Shown: one piece after another, positions 50,336 to 64,000 of the stretch
Layout: every line of letters starts with the position of its first letter
Position numbering within the stretch: position 1 is the stretch's first letter
DNA from: Macrostomum lignano
Lineage: Eukaryota
DNA length: 64,000 bases
Direction of reading: 5' to 3'
Assembly (NCBI GenBank): GCA_002269645.1
Contig: NIVC01001758.1
Coordinates: forward strand, 1-64,000
Translations under genes and position numbers: made by a program
The notes under the pieces: generated by a model
Told to the model about the DNA's origin: nothing
Databases searched by the model: none
The model's input: the letters and a program-made list of their open reading frames with translations, nothing else

Positions 50336-50422
50336 TAATTCTGCTTGCTTGCATTCTGGCCGTGTTGTGCACCATCGTTATTGTGGTGCCATTCAGCCTC
50401 TGCCTGCTCATCTGCTACAGAA
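50336..50422 (+). CDS. Type I membrane protein, exon 2: transmembrane helix
   Basis: Acceptor TTCCAG|, encodes LILLACILAVLCTIVIVVPFSLCLLICYR, donor AGAA|GTGAGT; 87 nt, phase 1-1. Confidence 0.85.
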
Positions 50423-50544
50423 GTGAGTTCACGTCAGTTTGTATGCACTTTAATGTTTTAAGGTGGGGGAGAAAAAGACGGATGGGTGTGGAAAAAGCAA
50501 GACTAAGGAAATGAGATAAAAATTAAGGTACAGAGGGGGGAGGG

Positions 50545-51455
50545 AGAAGTGGTAGACTGGGGAGAGAGGTGGTAGACTGGGGAGAGAGGTGGTAGACTGG
50601 GGAGAGAGATGGTAGACTGGAGAGAGAGGTGATAGACTGGGGAGGGAGGGGGATAGACTGGGGAGAGAGGGGGTAGACTGGGGAGAGAGGTGGTAGACTG
50701 GGGAGAGAGATGGTAGACTGGAGAGAGAGGTGGTAGACTGGGGAGAGAGGTGGTAGACTGGAGAGAGAGGTGATAGACTGGGGAGAGAGGAGGATAGACT
50801 GGGGAGAGAGGGGGAGAGAGGTGATAGACTGGGGAGAGAGGGGGAGAGAGGTGATAGACTGGGGAGAGAGGGGGATAGACTGGGGAGAGAGGGGGAGAGA
50901 GGTGATAGACTGGGGAGAGAGGTGGTAGACTGGAGAGAGAGGTGATAGACTGGGGAGAGAGGGGGATAGACTGGGGAAAGAGGTGGTAGACTGGGAGAGA
51001 GGTGATAGACTGGAGAGAGAGGGGGATAGACTGGGGAGAGAGGGGGAAAAAGGTGATAGACTGGGGAAAGAGGTGGTAGACTGGGGAGAGAGGTGGTAGA
51101 CTGGGGAGAGAGGTGGTAGACTGGGGAGAGAGGTGGTAGACTGGGGAGAGAGGTGGTAGACTGGGGAGAGAGGTGGTAGACTGGGGAGAGAGGTGGTAGA
51201 CTGGGGAGAGAGGTGGTAGACTGGGGAAAGAGGTGATAGACTGGGGAAAGAGGTGATAGACTGGAGAGAGAGGTGGTAGACTGGGGAAAGAGGTGATAGC
51301 CTGGGGAGAGAGGTGGTAAACTGGGGAGAGGGGTGATAGACTGGAGAGAGAGGTGATAGACTGGAGAGAGGGGGGGATAGACTGGAGAGAGAGAGGGAGA
51401 GAGAGGTGATAGACTGGGGAGAGAGGGGGATAGGTGATAGACTGGGGAGAGAGGG
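50545..51455. repeat. G-rich ~20-bp minisatellite (AGGTGGTAGACTGGGGAGAG)
   Basis: Tandem units in intron 2. Confidence 0.95.
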
Positions 51456-52399
51456 AGTATATAAGGGTTATACAAGTAAAATATAAATAAAGCATTTTAA
51501 TATTGAAATTCACGCCTCAGAGGTTTTATTAATAAGATTACAGTAGAATGTAGTCATGCACAATAAGTGACAATATGCATAATAAAGTGAATTAACAACC
51601 TAACGCACTCAAAAGCTGCCCAATGTGAGCAGGACTTAATATAGAAAGCTTTACGCAATTTAATGAAAAACTTTGGACCCAATGTCAAACTGAATGCCAC
51701 TTCATTGGAACTCAAGCCCTGTCTGTCTGCTCTCTGCAATTGTACAAACACATTGATAAGACATTAAAAAAGAGTTGAGTTGGCCAACACCGAAAACAGG
51801 ACGCGATATTGGATTCAGTATCTGCGCTATCTATCCGCCCGTTCTGTCAGGCAGAGAATGAATAGCATGCAAGCTTTCTCGGCGGCTTGGCCGGGTTTGT
51901 TTCTACTTTTTTGGTCATGTCGAACTGATCACAAACATACTGGGGTGGGGACTGATAAATTGCCGACTCCCTAGAGGTTTCCAGTATAGGAATTTCTGCA
52001 ACAGTTGTTGCTTGCTTTTTCTTCTTTGTCGGCGAATCTGTACAACAATTTCTGGCATGAAACTACATCTATCTAGTCTAAGCTTAGATCTGCTGAGCTC
52101 CACATCCATGTCCTTTGTTAGCTTCTTGCGTCAGTTGCAATCGTGTCTTGCTCCCCACCGCGATCCTCCGTTATTGTAAAGATTTTTTAGCATCGAATCA
52201 TCGCCGACCCTGGATTTCGGCGAGCGTTTCGCCCTCCCAACCATGCAGATCCAGTGACCCGACCAGTTTGTTGATGGTGTTTAACAAACAAGAACGTGAA
52301 AGAATTCAATGGTTTCTATACTAATAGTAGTTGATGAAAGGACAAATTATGTCCTTTTGAACATTCTCTCATTTGGTTAGTTAGTTCTTTATTTAGTGA

Positions 52400-53280
<881 letters not shown>

Positions 53281-53296
53281 CCCCTCCCCACCGCAG

Positions 53297-53553
53297 GAGC
53301 CAGCCGACAGAGCAGCAGACAGCGAGCACCGCCAGAGGAAGCGCAGCTCAGAGAAGTGCGGAAGTGCCAGCCGAGCCGAAACGAATATGTCATGGCTGAT
53401 AGCGTCTACGAGCCTCTGGACTTTGGGCCGACTGAGACCAGCTCGGCAGCATCAGAGAGACAGTCACCAGGAGAGCAGGTGTCCGTTTATTACTCAGCTG
53501 GAGGGGCGCTGTTGCCAGCCCTAGGCGAGGAGACTGTACGCTTGAGCAGCTGA
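53297..53553 (+). CDS. Type I membrane protein, exon 3: cytoplasmic tail with Tyr motifs
   Basis: Acceptor CCCCTCCCCACCGCAG|GA in matching phase. Encodes RASRQ...NEYVMADSVYEPLDFG...VSVYYSAG...RLSS*. Spliced product 338 aa. Confidence 0.78.
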
Positions 53554-53663
53554 CTGGATTTGGTCAATGAATAGAGCGCGACTTCATTGAGCAGTAGAGA
53601 GTTTCTGAGGCAAATGCTGATGATTGTGAACGGAGATGATTGTCGTGATCGGTGAGACAAACG

Positions 53664-54395
53664 ATGATAAGCAAGATGCTTATCTGGGTGAGGTGGATGA
53701 TTATAAAGATAAGCAAGATGATCATCTGGGTGAGGTGGATGATTTTGAAGGTAGATAAGCAAGATGATTATCTGGGTGAGGTGGATGATTTTGAAGATAG
53801 ATAAGCAAGATGATTATCTGGGTGAGGTGGATGATTATGAAGATAAGCAAGATGGTTATCTTGTGTGGTATGTGTTGGTTTTCTTAAGAAATGATTTCCA
53901 GTCCTTTAGTTATTTTGAGTAGCAGCCTTTAGCTCATCTCAACAGACATTTATTACTCTTTCATTATATTTCGTGGCTCTTTTAGTTAGTGAGCATAGCT
54001 CGTACTGTACGAAATGTCCATAGACATTTGCGGCTCAGCAGCCATGAATGGCTTGTAAATAAAGTGCATTTGTTAACTAAATAAAAGTTCATCACAATGC
54101 TAACAGTATGGATGATTATGAAGATAAGCAAGATGATTATCTGGGTGTGGTGGATGATTATGAAGATAAGCAAGATGATTTATCTGGGCATGGTGGATGA
54201 TTATGAAGATAAGCAAGATGGTTATCTGGGTGTGGTGGATGATTATGAAGATAAGCAAGATGATTATCTGGGTGTGGTGGATGATTATGAAGATAAGCAA
54301 GATGATTTATCTGGGCATGGTGGATGATTATGAAGATAAGCAAGATGATTTATCTGGGCGTGGTGGATGATTATAAAGATAGATAAGCAAGATGA
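53664..54395. repeat. ~42-bp minisatellite (GGATGATTATGAAGATAAGCAAGATGATTATCTGGGTG...) in two blocks split by a ~260-bp unique insert
   Basis: Blocks at 53664-53850 and 54108-54395. Confidence 0.9.
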
Positions 54396-55134
54396 TTATC
54401 GGGGGAGTAAAATGAGTATCAGAGTGGACTAAGGCCAATAATGCAGCGAACTACTCACAGTCAGTAGTGCCCTCTCTCTCACGATCTCTTATTTTTCAAG
54501 TGCCAAAGTTATAGCTCTCATCAGGACTCGAAATTTCTGGCTTATTCGTATTTCTCGCTCTGCATCTTACTACTTAGTACTTGTGTTAGTAGTTTAAAAA
54601 GACTTTTTTTTGCCCAGAATCGTATCGCTTATCCTACGCACTGTCGCAACTAACTTCACATTTTGTTAATATAAATGCATGCATACTCTCGGCATAAAGT
54701 TTCCGGTGTACTTTAATAAAACGATTCGCCCGAGCACAGTAAATCTGCTTTACAAAATTTGTAATATATAGTTCTATTTTAAGCATCAAACTTACTCTCA
54801 CCATTAGCCAACTTCTCGCCGTGAAACAATGAGTCATGTATTATAGTACTTTACTTATTGGAAATTACTGCTATTATTGTCATTATTATTGCGCTTAAAT
54901 TATGCTTATTTAGCTGCATTTTCTCCTATCATGCTTGCGACTCTGTTATTTTAAAAGATTTATAACCTTCTCGTGATGCAAACATAACAATTAATATGTA
55001 ATATGACTGCCGATTATTAAAAATCGTTGCAAATTTTTATTTATTAATGCATATTCAGCAATATTACATTGAGCAGTAGAGACTTGCGCAGTCTACTTGT
55101 GCAGAGGTTATAAAAAGTTAAGTTTAGAGGCGCT

Positions 55135-55250
55135 ATCTAGGGGGCGCCATCTAGGAGGCGCCATCTTGGGGCGCCATCTAGGGGGCGCCATCTTGGGGGC
55201 GCCATCTTGGGGGCGCCATCTTGGGGGCGCCATCTTGGGGGGGGGCGCCA
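55135..55250. repeat. GGGGGCGCCATCT short tandem repeat
   Basis: About 8 units. Confidence 0.85.
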
Positions 55251-55711
55251 GAAACAGTTAAAACTGAGAATAGGTGGCAACGCCCCCAGTTTCAGTTGCT
55301 ACTAAATGATGAAGGTTTTACCACATTCTTAGAGGTTTTATTACATGTAGTTCGAGTTTTCACAAGTATGTTGACTTTGAGTTTTGTGACACAATTTTGT
55401 GTCATTTAAAAGCGACAAATTTCTGCTTTCAGAAATGTTCAATCTCGCATAGAATGACCAAAATATGCAAGACTACGCATTTTAGAAAGAAGAAATTTGC
55501 TGCTTTAAAAGAACACCAAAACTGTGTTTTGCGGCTGATTCCGTTTTTGCTCTGAGATAAAAAATTTCCGGACTATTGGCGACCGCGGTTAAGACAAAAA
55601 TTTAACCAGAAATTACAAAGAAAGTTGTATAAAAATGGTGAGCAAAAACACACTTTTAGTCTCTAATGGTATTTTTTCAAAATTCAATTAAGCCAACTTA
55701 TACATGTAAAT

Positions 55712-57473
55712 CAAGGGTTGGCAAACTACGGCCCATGGGCCACATGCGGCCCGCGAAGCCTCTCTATCCGGCACTCGAGTCCTTTGAAACTTCACAATGG
55801 CAATTCGGCCCGCTCAAGGCTTGTCTCTTCTCAGCTCTCTCTCTCCTCTACCCTCTTCTCTCTCCCCTATCTCCTCTCTTTCCTTCTCTCTCCCCTCTCT
55901 CTTCTCTACCCTCTTCTCTCTCCCCTATCTCCTCTCTTTCCTTCCCTCTCCTCTCTCTCTTCTCTACCCTCTTCTCTCTCCCCTATCTCCTCTCTTTCCT
56001 TCTCTCTCCTCTCTCTCTTCTCTACCCTCTTCTCTCTCCCCTATCTCCTCTCTTTCCTTCTCTCTCCTCTCTCTCTTCTCTACCCTCTTCTCTCTCCCCT
56101 ATCTCCTCTCTTTCCTTCTCTCTCCCCTCTCTCTTCTCTACCCTCTTCTCTCTCCCCTATCTCCTCTCTTTCCTTCTCTCTCCTCTCTCTCTTCTCTACC
56201 CTCTTCTCTCTCCCCTATCTCCTCTCTTTCCTTCTCTCTCCTCTCTCTCTTCTCTACCCTCTTCTCTCTCCCCTATCTCCTCTCTTTCCTTCTCTCTCCT
56301 CTCTCTCTTCTCTACCCTCTTCTCTCTCCCCTATCTCCTCTCTTTCCTTCTCTCTCCTCTCTCTCTTCTCTACCCTCTTCTCTCTCCCTATCTCTTCTCT
56401 TTCCTTCTCTCTCCCCTCTCTCTTCTCTACCCTCTTCTCTCTCCCCTATCTCCTCTCTTTCCTTCTCTCTCCTCTCTCTCTTCTCTACCCTCTTCTCTCT
56501 CCCCTATCTCCTCTCTTTCCTTCTCTCTCCTCTCTCTCTTCTCTACCCTCTTCTCTCTCCCCTATCTCCTCTCTTTCCTTCTCTCTCCTCTCTCTCTCCT
56601 CTACCCTCTTCTCTCTCCCCTATCTCCTCTCTTTCCTTCTCTCTCCTCTCTCTCTCCTCTACCCTCTTCTCTCTCCCCTATCTCCTCTCTTTCCTTCTCT
56701 CTCCTCTCTCTCTTCTCTACCCTCTTCTCTCCCCTATCTCCTCTCTTTCCTTCTCTATCCTCTCTCTCTTCTCTACCCTCTTCTCTCTCCCCTATCTCCT
56801 CTCTTTCCTTCTCTCTCCTCTCTCTCTTCTCTACCCTCTTCTCTCTCCCCTATCTCCTCTCTTTCCTTCTCTCTCCTCTCTCTCCTTTCCCCCCTCTCTC
56901 TCCTCTCCCCTCTTCTCTCTCCCCTATCTCCTCTCTTTCCTTCTCTCTCCTCTCTCTCTTCTCTACCCTCTTCTCTCTCCCCTATCTCCTCTCTTTCCTT
57001 CTCTCTCCTCTCTCTCCTTTCCCCCCTCTCTCTCCTCTCCCCTCTTCTCTCTCCCCTATCTCCTCTCTTTCCTTCTCTCTCCTCTCTCTCTTCTCTACCC
57101 TCTTCTCTCTCCCCTATCTCCTCTCTCCTCTCTCTCCTTTTTCCCCTCTCCTCTCTCCCATTTCCTCTCTCCCCTCTCCCCTCTCCTTTCTTCCCTATCC
57201 CCTCTCTCTCTCCTCTCTCCTATCTCCCCTCTCCTCTCTCCCCTCTCCCTCTCCTCTCTCCCCTCTCCCCTCTCCTTTCTCCCCTATCCCCTCTCTCTCT
57301 CTCCTCTCTCTTCTCTCCCCTCTCCTTTCTCCCCTATCCCCTCTCTCTCCTCTCTCCCCTTTCCTCTCCTCTCTCCCCGTCTCACCTCTCACCTTCTATT
57401 CTCTCTCTTTCCCTTCTCTATAAATCTATTCTCTATCTGACCCTTGAGGGAAAGAAAGGTTTGCCGGCCTCTG
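55712..57473. mobile_element. Candidate hAT (Charlie-like) non-autonomous element filled by a 58-bp polypyrimidine satellite (55825-57420)
   Basis: Left end CAAGGGTTGGCAAACTACGGCCC...ATGCGGCCCGC; right end GTTTGCCGGCCTCTG (11/15 TIR match); flanks ATGTAAAT and TTATAGAT (5/8). The satellite is certain; the element boundaries are tentative. Confidence 0.45.
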
Positions 57474-58458
57474 TTATAGATAAATCTCAAACGTCAAACC
57501 TACCCCAAATGCCAACTCAGTTCGCATTTTGGGTAGTTCAGAATAACTGAATTCTATACCGCAAAAAAACAGAAGCTTCAGTGTTTTTAGGAGCTACAAT
57601 AAAATCTTTCTGCTCAAGTAGTCTCGTTAGCTTTGCCAGGGACCACTGCAGACACGGAAGTGGCTTTCAGGCGGCCCAGCCCAGACCAGCTGTTACCAAA
57701 AAACAGCTTGGCAAGATAGGCGGAGAAGTCTCACTGTCTGGACGAAATTTCCCACACACTTTTATGGAAATCAGATGTACATCAGCGAAATCCAGTCGAT
57801 TTTGAGATTTTGAGAATTTCGTGCAGACAGTAAGGCTTTTGGATACGAACTGGCCTGGGCCAATTGGGGTGTCACTTCCATATTCGCAGATGGTCCCTGG
57901 CCTAGTTGACACAGAAAAATGCAAAAGAAGTCGGAAAGAAAATGACACAAAAAGGAGTTGCAACAACACATAGCTAAGCAGTGTCCCAGGTTGCTAAACT
58001 GATGGAGACTGAAGATTGATGCAAAAACACAACGCGAAAATCTTCAAAGAGCGGTTAACACAGGGGATTACCATCACTGGATTGCTGCATCGTTAATTAA
58101 CACGAGTAACGCCTGATTAAGAGGTAAAAAAGTGCTAAAAACGGACACAAAGACAAAAAAGAGTATTAGAGATGTCCAACCGCTCGCATCGAGTTAAATG
58201 ACAAAACACATCTATAGGCTATACGTTACAGGTGTTCGTCTGCTTAAAGCTTAAAGCAAATGCTTTAAAAGTCTACGAATTACAATTCAACTAATTCCTA
58301 CTCCCGCGAGAGTACAGTGACGGGTGGCAATTCATTGATCGGGATTGACAGGCGGCAGATGAGAATGAAAGCAGTGCGCACACTGGGCAAGGGTGGCCAC
58401 CAACCTTACACTGTACTGTACGAGCTACTGTACTGTACTGTACATGTGTCTCAGAGCT

Positions 58459-58855
<397 letters not shown>

Positions 58856-59504
58856 ACTCCATCATCAACCCCAGCCCATTGTGTAATAGCAATCCTATTA
58901 AGTACCGCAGTGGAAATTCTTAAGAGAATGCGCTTGAGCATCCTCAGGTGCACGGTTCTCAGATGTACTTTAGCAGAAGTCAATGTCGCCATTATCTGAA
59001 AAATCAAGCGAGAGTTACATTTTAACTAATAATGTAAATTGCTGTATTGCAGCTTGTGGCTGGTGAATAATACATGAGGAATGGGACTGGGGCGGGACAG
59101 ACCCTTCATTTATTTTTTAAAAATCGCTCCTCATTTGCACCCTAGTCACTAAAGTGCATTGGCTGCATTTTTAAATTGCGAATTTTCTTCCCCAGCCTAA
59201 GTACATGTATGGAAATTTTTATACAGCTCAAAAAAACTTTTGCACGTCGAAAAAAGTACTTAGGATACTTTGGAGCTTTCTAAGAATGATCAGGCGATTT
59301 TGCCAAGTTTAACGTGCCGAACTTTTCTAGGGATGAAAGAAAAAGAAGGGACGTCATATAGAGATGTCATACAGGGTTGTCATACACGGATGTCATACAC
59401 GGGTACTATAAATGATCACTCCAAAGTTCATAACGCACGAACTAGTTATGATATCAGCTTAACGCGTTAGAAAAATCATTCAAAAGTCTTTAAAAAATCT
59501 CCAA

Positions 59505-59930
59505 GTTTCACAATCTTCAAGCTTCACAATCCCCAAGCTTCACAATCCCCAGGCTTCACAATCTTCAAGCTTCACAATCTCCAAGCTTCATAATCCCCAA
59601 GATTCACATTCCTTAAGCTTCACAATGCCCAAGCTTCTCAATCCCCAAGCTTCACGATCCCCAAGATTCACATTCCTTAAGCTTCACAATGCCCAAACTT
59701 CACAATCATCAAGCTTCACGATCCCCAAGATTCACATTCCTTAAGCTTCACAATGCCCAAACTTCACAATCCCAAGCTTCACAATCTCCCAGGTTTACAA
59801 TGCCCAAGCTTCACAATCCCAAAGCTTCACAATCCCCAAGATTCACATTCCTTAAGCTTCACAATGCCCAAGCTTCACAATCTCCCAGGTTTACAATGCC
59901 CAAGCTTCACAATCCTCAAGCTTCACAATC
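59505..59930. repeat. Degenerate AAGCTTCACAATCCCC minisatellite
   Basis: Tandem variants. Confidence 0.88.
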
Positions 59931-59997
59931 AATCGTACACCAAAGGCTGGGGTTTGTGAAACTTGATAAAAGTGCAACGCCCCCCTCCGCAGCTCAC

Positions 59998-60431
59998 CTC
60001 TACAGGGCGGCGATCTCATGCGCCGTGACAAGCGCCTCGCTCTTCATTCTCCCCTCCGAGCCTCTGTTCTCAACAAAAAAGACTGCATCGTCCTCAGCCA
60101 CAAAATCTTCGTTGTCGGACTCGGAGCTCCAGCTGGTGAGCCGGCCGCGAATGCTGGCCGGTGGCAGGTCGTCGTCAATGAAGGTCTCCGGCAGGTTGTC
60201 CACCAGGTCGATGACAAACTGGCACCGTTCTGACTTTGTAGACGACTGCGAGTCGAAGCTCTCGGCTCGGAAGCTCACCCGACAGGAGGCGTCCCGGCGA
60301 CGACCGGCCTTGTCGTCGTTCATCAGGTGAAGGTAGCGCAGCACGAGCTCTTCGCTGTCGATCTTGGCTTTCTCCGCGTAGCTGTCCGCGTCCTTCGATA
60401 CGCCAGCGGCGGCATCAGCTGACGCGGTCAC
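59998..60431 (-). CDS. Exon of an unidentified acidic protein
   Basis: GC-rich open frame VTASADAAAGVSKDADSYAEKAKIDSEELVLRYLHLMNDD...SESDNEDFVAEDDAVFF. Acceptor GTCAAG|GTG and donor GAG|GTGAGC; 434 nt, one base short of phase 0-0 (in-frame TAG ends 2 nt before the donor). Confidence 0.55.
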
Positions 60432-60835
60432 CTTGACGTAAACAATAAATATTTGCAGGTGGATTGTACACACGCTCATACAGGGTGTACTACAGTGGTT
60501 CTGACTTTCTTATTGTCAGGCCAAGGACTACTTAAGTAGAAGGACGGGAACCTCGTTTCTTGGAAAAGTTTAGGAGGCAGGTTTTTTCGAAAAAAATACA
60601 CTACGGAGATAGGAAGTTTTCATTTTTTCAGCACAAAAATTACACTTAAAATTGCATTCGACAGGAGGCATACCCGATGTTCATCTTTGGATTTGGCCTT
60701 TCAAATTTTACAAATTGTACATGTCCTCATTAGTTTTATGTTAGGGCTCGGCTCATGGGTTTTTATGAATCTAGCTCGCATTTTATCATTCTTAGCTGAC
60801 TGTGTGACATTGTGTAACAGAGATTAAACCACTTG

Positions 60836-60849
60836 GTTACCTTGGCAAC
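60836..60849. promoter_or_regulatory. RFX X-box
   Basis: GTTACCTTGGCAAC, a near-perfect palindromic X-box ~400 bp upstream of the minus-strand exon at 60431. Confidence 0.6.
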
Positions 60850-61666
60850 GCCATTGCCGTTATTCGAATGAATAGAAAATCTTCGATTCCGCTGAGTATC
60901 GCCGCCGCGCAGTCGTGACAGCTTAGCAGGTGGCCATCGGTTCAAACTGAGTCTTTAGCACGTCGCATTGTTGTGAATAGTGAAGTCCTCTCGGGCTGCG
61001 AAGTGACGGAAGGTCGTCTGTCGGGGATCGTAGGAAGGTCAGACGGTTATTACCTCGTCGTGTCCTCGGCTGCTAGCCAAGCAAAATTTATTCTACATGT
61101 CTGGGAATATATCTATAAAAGAGAAGTGTGCCGAACAAGGAGGAGGGGAGGGGGTAGAGAGAGGGGAGGAGAGAGCTGGGCAGGAAGGGCAGAAAAGAAA
61201 GCAGGCAGGCAGCGCACGTCAGGGAGCTATTTTTGTCCCTTGCCTGCTTGCCCAACAGCCGGGGCGGGTCCAAGTTGGGTTACTGCAGTCTGCAGACTGG
61301 CGGGGGTGGGGGTGGAGAGTGAGGCCGGGGGTTGGATGGGAGCGAGAGTGAGGGTTTAAGCGCGTACATGTAATAGGCGTTTCCAGCGTCTACGGCGTGT
61401 ACGCGTTGTGCATTTATATGGATGCACAACATGTTTGATGCACGGAGTGCCACTACGCTAGTGCATTGAGTTGCACGCGGTCTACGCATGATATACTCGT
61501 ACTTCGTAGTGTGTGAACACTGTTATTGACGTGGGCGAGCCCTAGATACGAAAGGAAGCAATTAGTAAATTGAATTGCCATGAAGTAAATAACAGCTACT
61601 CGTAGGAAACTAAGAAATTACGAGGAGGCTTCTTCGCAGTAGAACTACCAAGGGGATTCCTCCAGG

Positions 61667-62232
61667 CTGACTTTTTGTTGCGCACCTTCTCAAACAAGAA
61701 TCAAGTCGCCAGCCCTCCGGACCGGCGAGATATTCGACGGTTCTGTCAGAAGGTCGGATTTTTCCAACCACGTGTCTGCAACCAACCACTGCATCAGGTC
61801 TGACTTCGTTGGTCACTGGCCATAGTCTCCTGGTGTTCATCTTTTGAAGGCGCCGACAGCGTCGCGGTGATCACGGAATGCTCGCGAGACCAGCTGGGGA
61901 TGCCCAGCAGTTGAGGTTTGCCCACTTGATCAGTGACAACAGAGAAATTCTCAACAGGGTGCCCATAGTCACTTGGTGACACCTGTTGAATGTCCAGAAG
62001 CTCCACCTGGGTTCGAGCTGATGCTGACACACGTGATCGATGCGCTGATGAAATTTGGAAGCTTGGCAAGGCTGCACTGAGGCGCAGTGCTGATTGGCGC
62101 ACAGAGGTCGTACTGAATACACTGGCGTTTATGGGAAAAATCCGACCTTCTAGAAGAATCCTTGACTATCTCGACCGTCTGGAAAGCTGGCGACTTGATT
62201 CTTGTTTGAGAAGGTGCGCAACAAAAATTCAG
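61667..62232. repeat. 99-bp inverted repeat pair with a 368-bp spacer
   Basis: 61667-61765 is the reverse complement of 62134-62232, with perfect 42-bp and 18-bp blocks around a mismatched middle. Confidence 0.92.
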
Positions 62233-62867
62233 ACCGGGTTCTTGAATTTTGTGTGCCTGCGTTATATCATCTACTTGAAACGATGCGTATTTACGACGTT
62301 AATTCTGCAATACTTTATTAATTATAATTAAGAGTAGTATCGCTTCATACTACTAGAAAGTAGGCGCAAAAGAATTTATCTATAAAAGTAAAATCAATTA
62401 GAGAAAAGTCTGCAACTGATTAATTCTCGATTAGCTGCAGCATTTCCAAAGTGAAGATCATTTGAGCGAATTTTTTTTCATCAGCAATGGGCATAGGTGA
62501 CCGAGCACGGGTGACCCGGGTGTCCGGTTTCCACGTCAGTCGATGAGAGCCCCGGATGACATGCCGGATTGGCCATTCGCAAGTCGCCAGCCCGAATGTC
62601 ATGAGAATTCCACGCTTGAGAAATTTTTTTCGGGATCAGTGTCTCGCGGCGGATTCGTCTGGCAAGGGGAGAACGGGGATCGGCTGCTGGCGACTCTGGG
62701 GATGGGGCGGGTGCGAGCTGGCTGTTTTAATCCCAGAAACAAGAGCTTTCAATTAAGCACTCGGCTGCCGGCCTGCTGCAGAACGGCATGGGTGTGAGGG
62801 ATGGGCGGGGACTGCAGCTGAGCTGGATTCAGAGTGAGCTGGGCGGACTGACAGCCAGACACCCAGC

Positions 62868-63487
<620 letters not shown>

Positions 63488-64000
63488 TGGACGGACGCAC
63501 AGACAGGAAAAACTAAGCCTAGAGACACTTATTAGGTAGAAAGACACTACCAAAGAGACAGACAGACCCTCACTGAAACAGACAGACCGGCAGGCAGACA
63601 CACAAGATATTAATTTGCATATTTATCTGGGAACAAAGTTGAACTCAGCGGCTCCCCAGACCAGAGCAAGCTTCAATCATCATGGAAAAACCCAACGGTG
63701 ATAACTTTTGCTACTCAAAAAAATATCTCAAACTTAGACCCGAGTGACAATTGAGAAAGTGACTGGCACTCGCGGTGTCTGAACGAGAATTTCCTAACGT
63801 TTTTACCCTGTTGCTACCCAGAGAGTCGAATTGCCTATTTAACTCCATGCCTTCTCTCGGCGGCGTCCATCCAGATCTGGCAGTTTCTCTCCAGCAAGAC
63901 TTAAGAGAGAGAGAAGGAGAGAGAGAGAGAGAGAGCGGGAGTGTGCCGGGGAGGCGGGCAGCCAGCGGGCGCTGATGCATTGATCGACTGGCCAAAACTT

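Overview
Eukaryotic (metazoan) genomic DNA with GC-rich exons separated by introns packed with mini- and microsatellites. The poly-Ala/poly-Gln-rich exons and very high minisatellite density resemble the flatworm Macrostomum, but the species is an inference. Reconstructable genes: (1) CABCOCO1-like ciliary gene (minus, 632-1271, continuing off-window) with an RFX X-box upstream; (2) PDZRN3/4 (Slip1/PDZD4 family) gene on minus, with well-supported exons at 4522-7930 and probable upstream PDZ1 exons at 17.6 and 20.1 kb; (3) a two-exon rhodopsin-class peptide-receptor-like GPCR (38889-41834) that lacks the DRY, Y5.58 and NPxxY switches; (4) a three-exon type I membrane protein (49234-53553) with a Cys-rich Ig-like head, Thr-rich mucin stalk, TM helix and Tyr/ITIM-like tail; (5) an unidentified acidic exon near 60 kb with a second X-box. 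Mobile DNA: a rearranged, non-autonomous Penelope-like element carrying a minimal hammerhead ribozyme, with a nested RTE 3' end, all inside a 14-bp satellite; hAT-type MITEs; and a SINE-like dispersed repeat. A foldback-like pair of inverted 31-bp arrays lies at 29.3-37.1 kb and a 99-bp inverted repeat at 61.7-62.2 kb. Several exons are exactly one base short at short homopolymer runs, which points to long-read consensus errors. Most long ORFs in the supplied track are tandem-repeat artefacts. All homology calls are by eye, with no database search.
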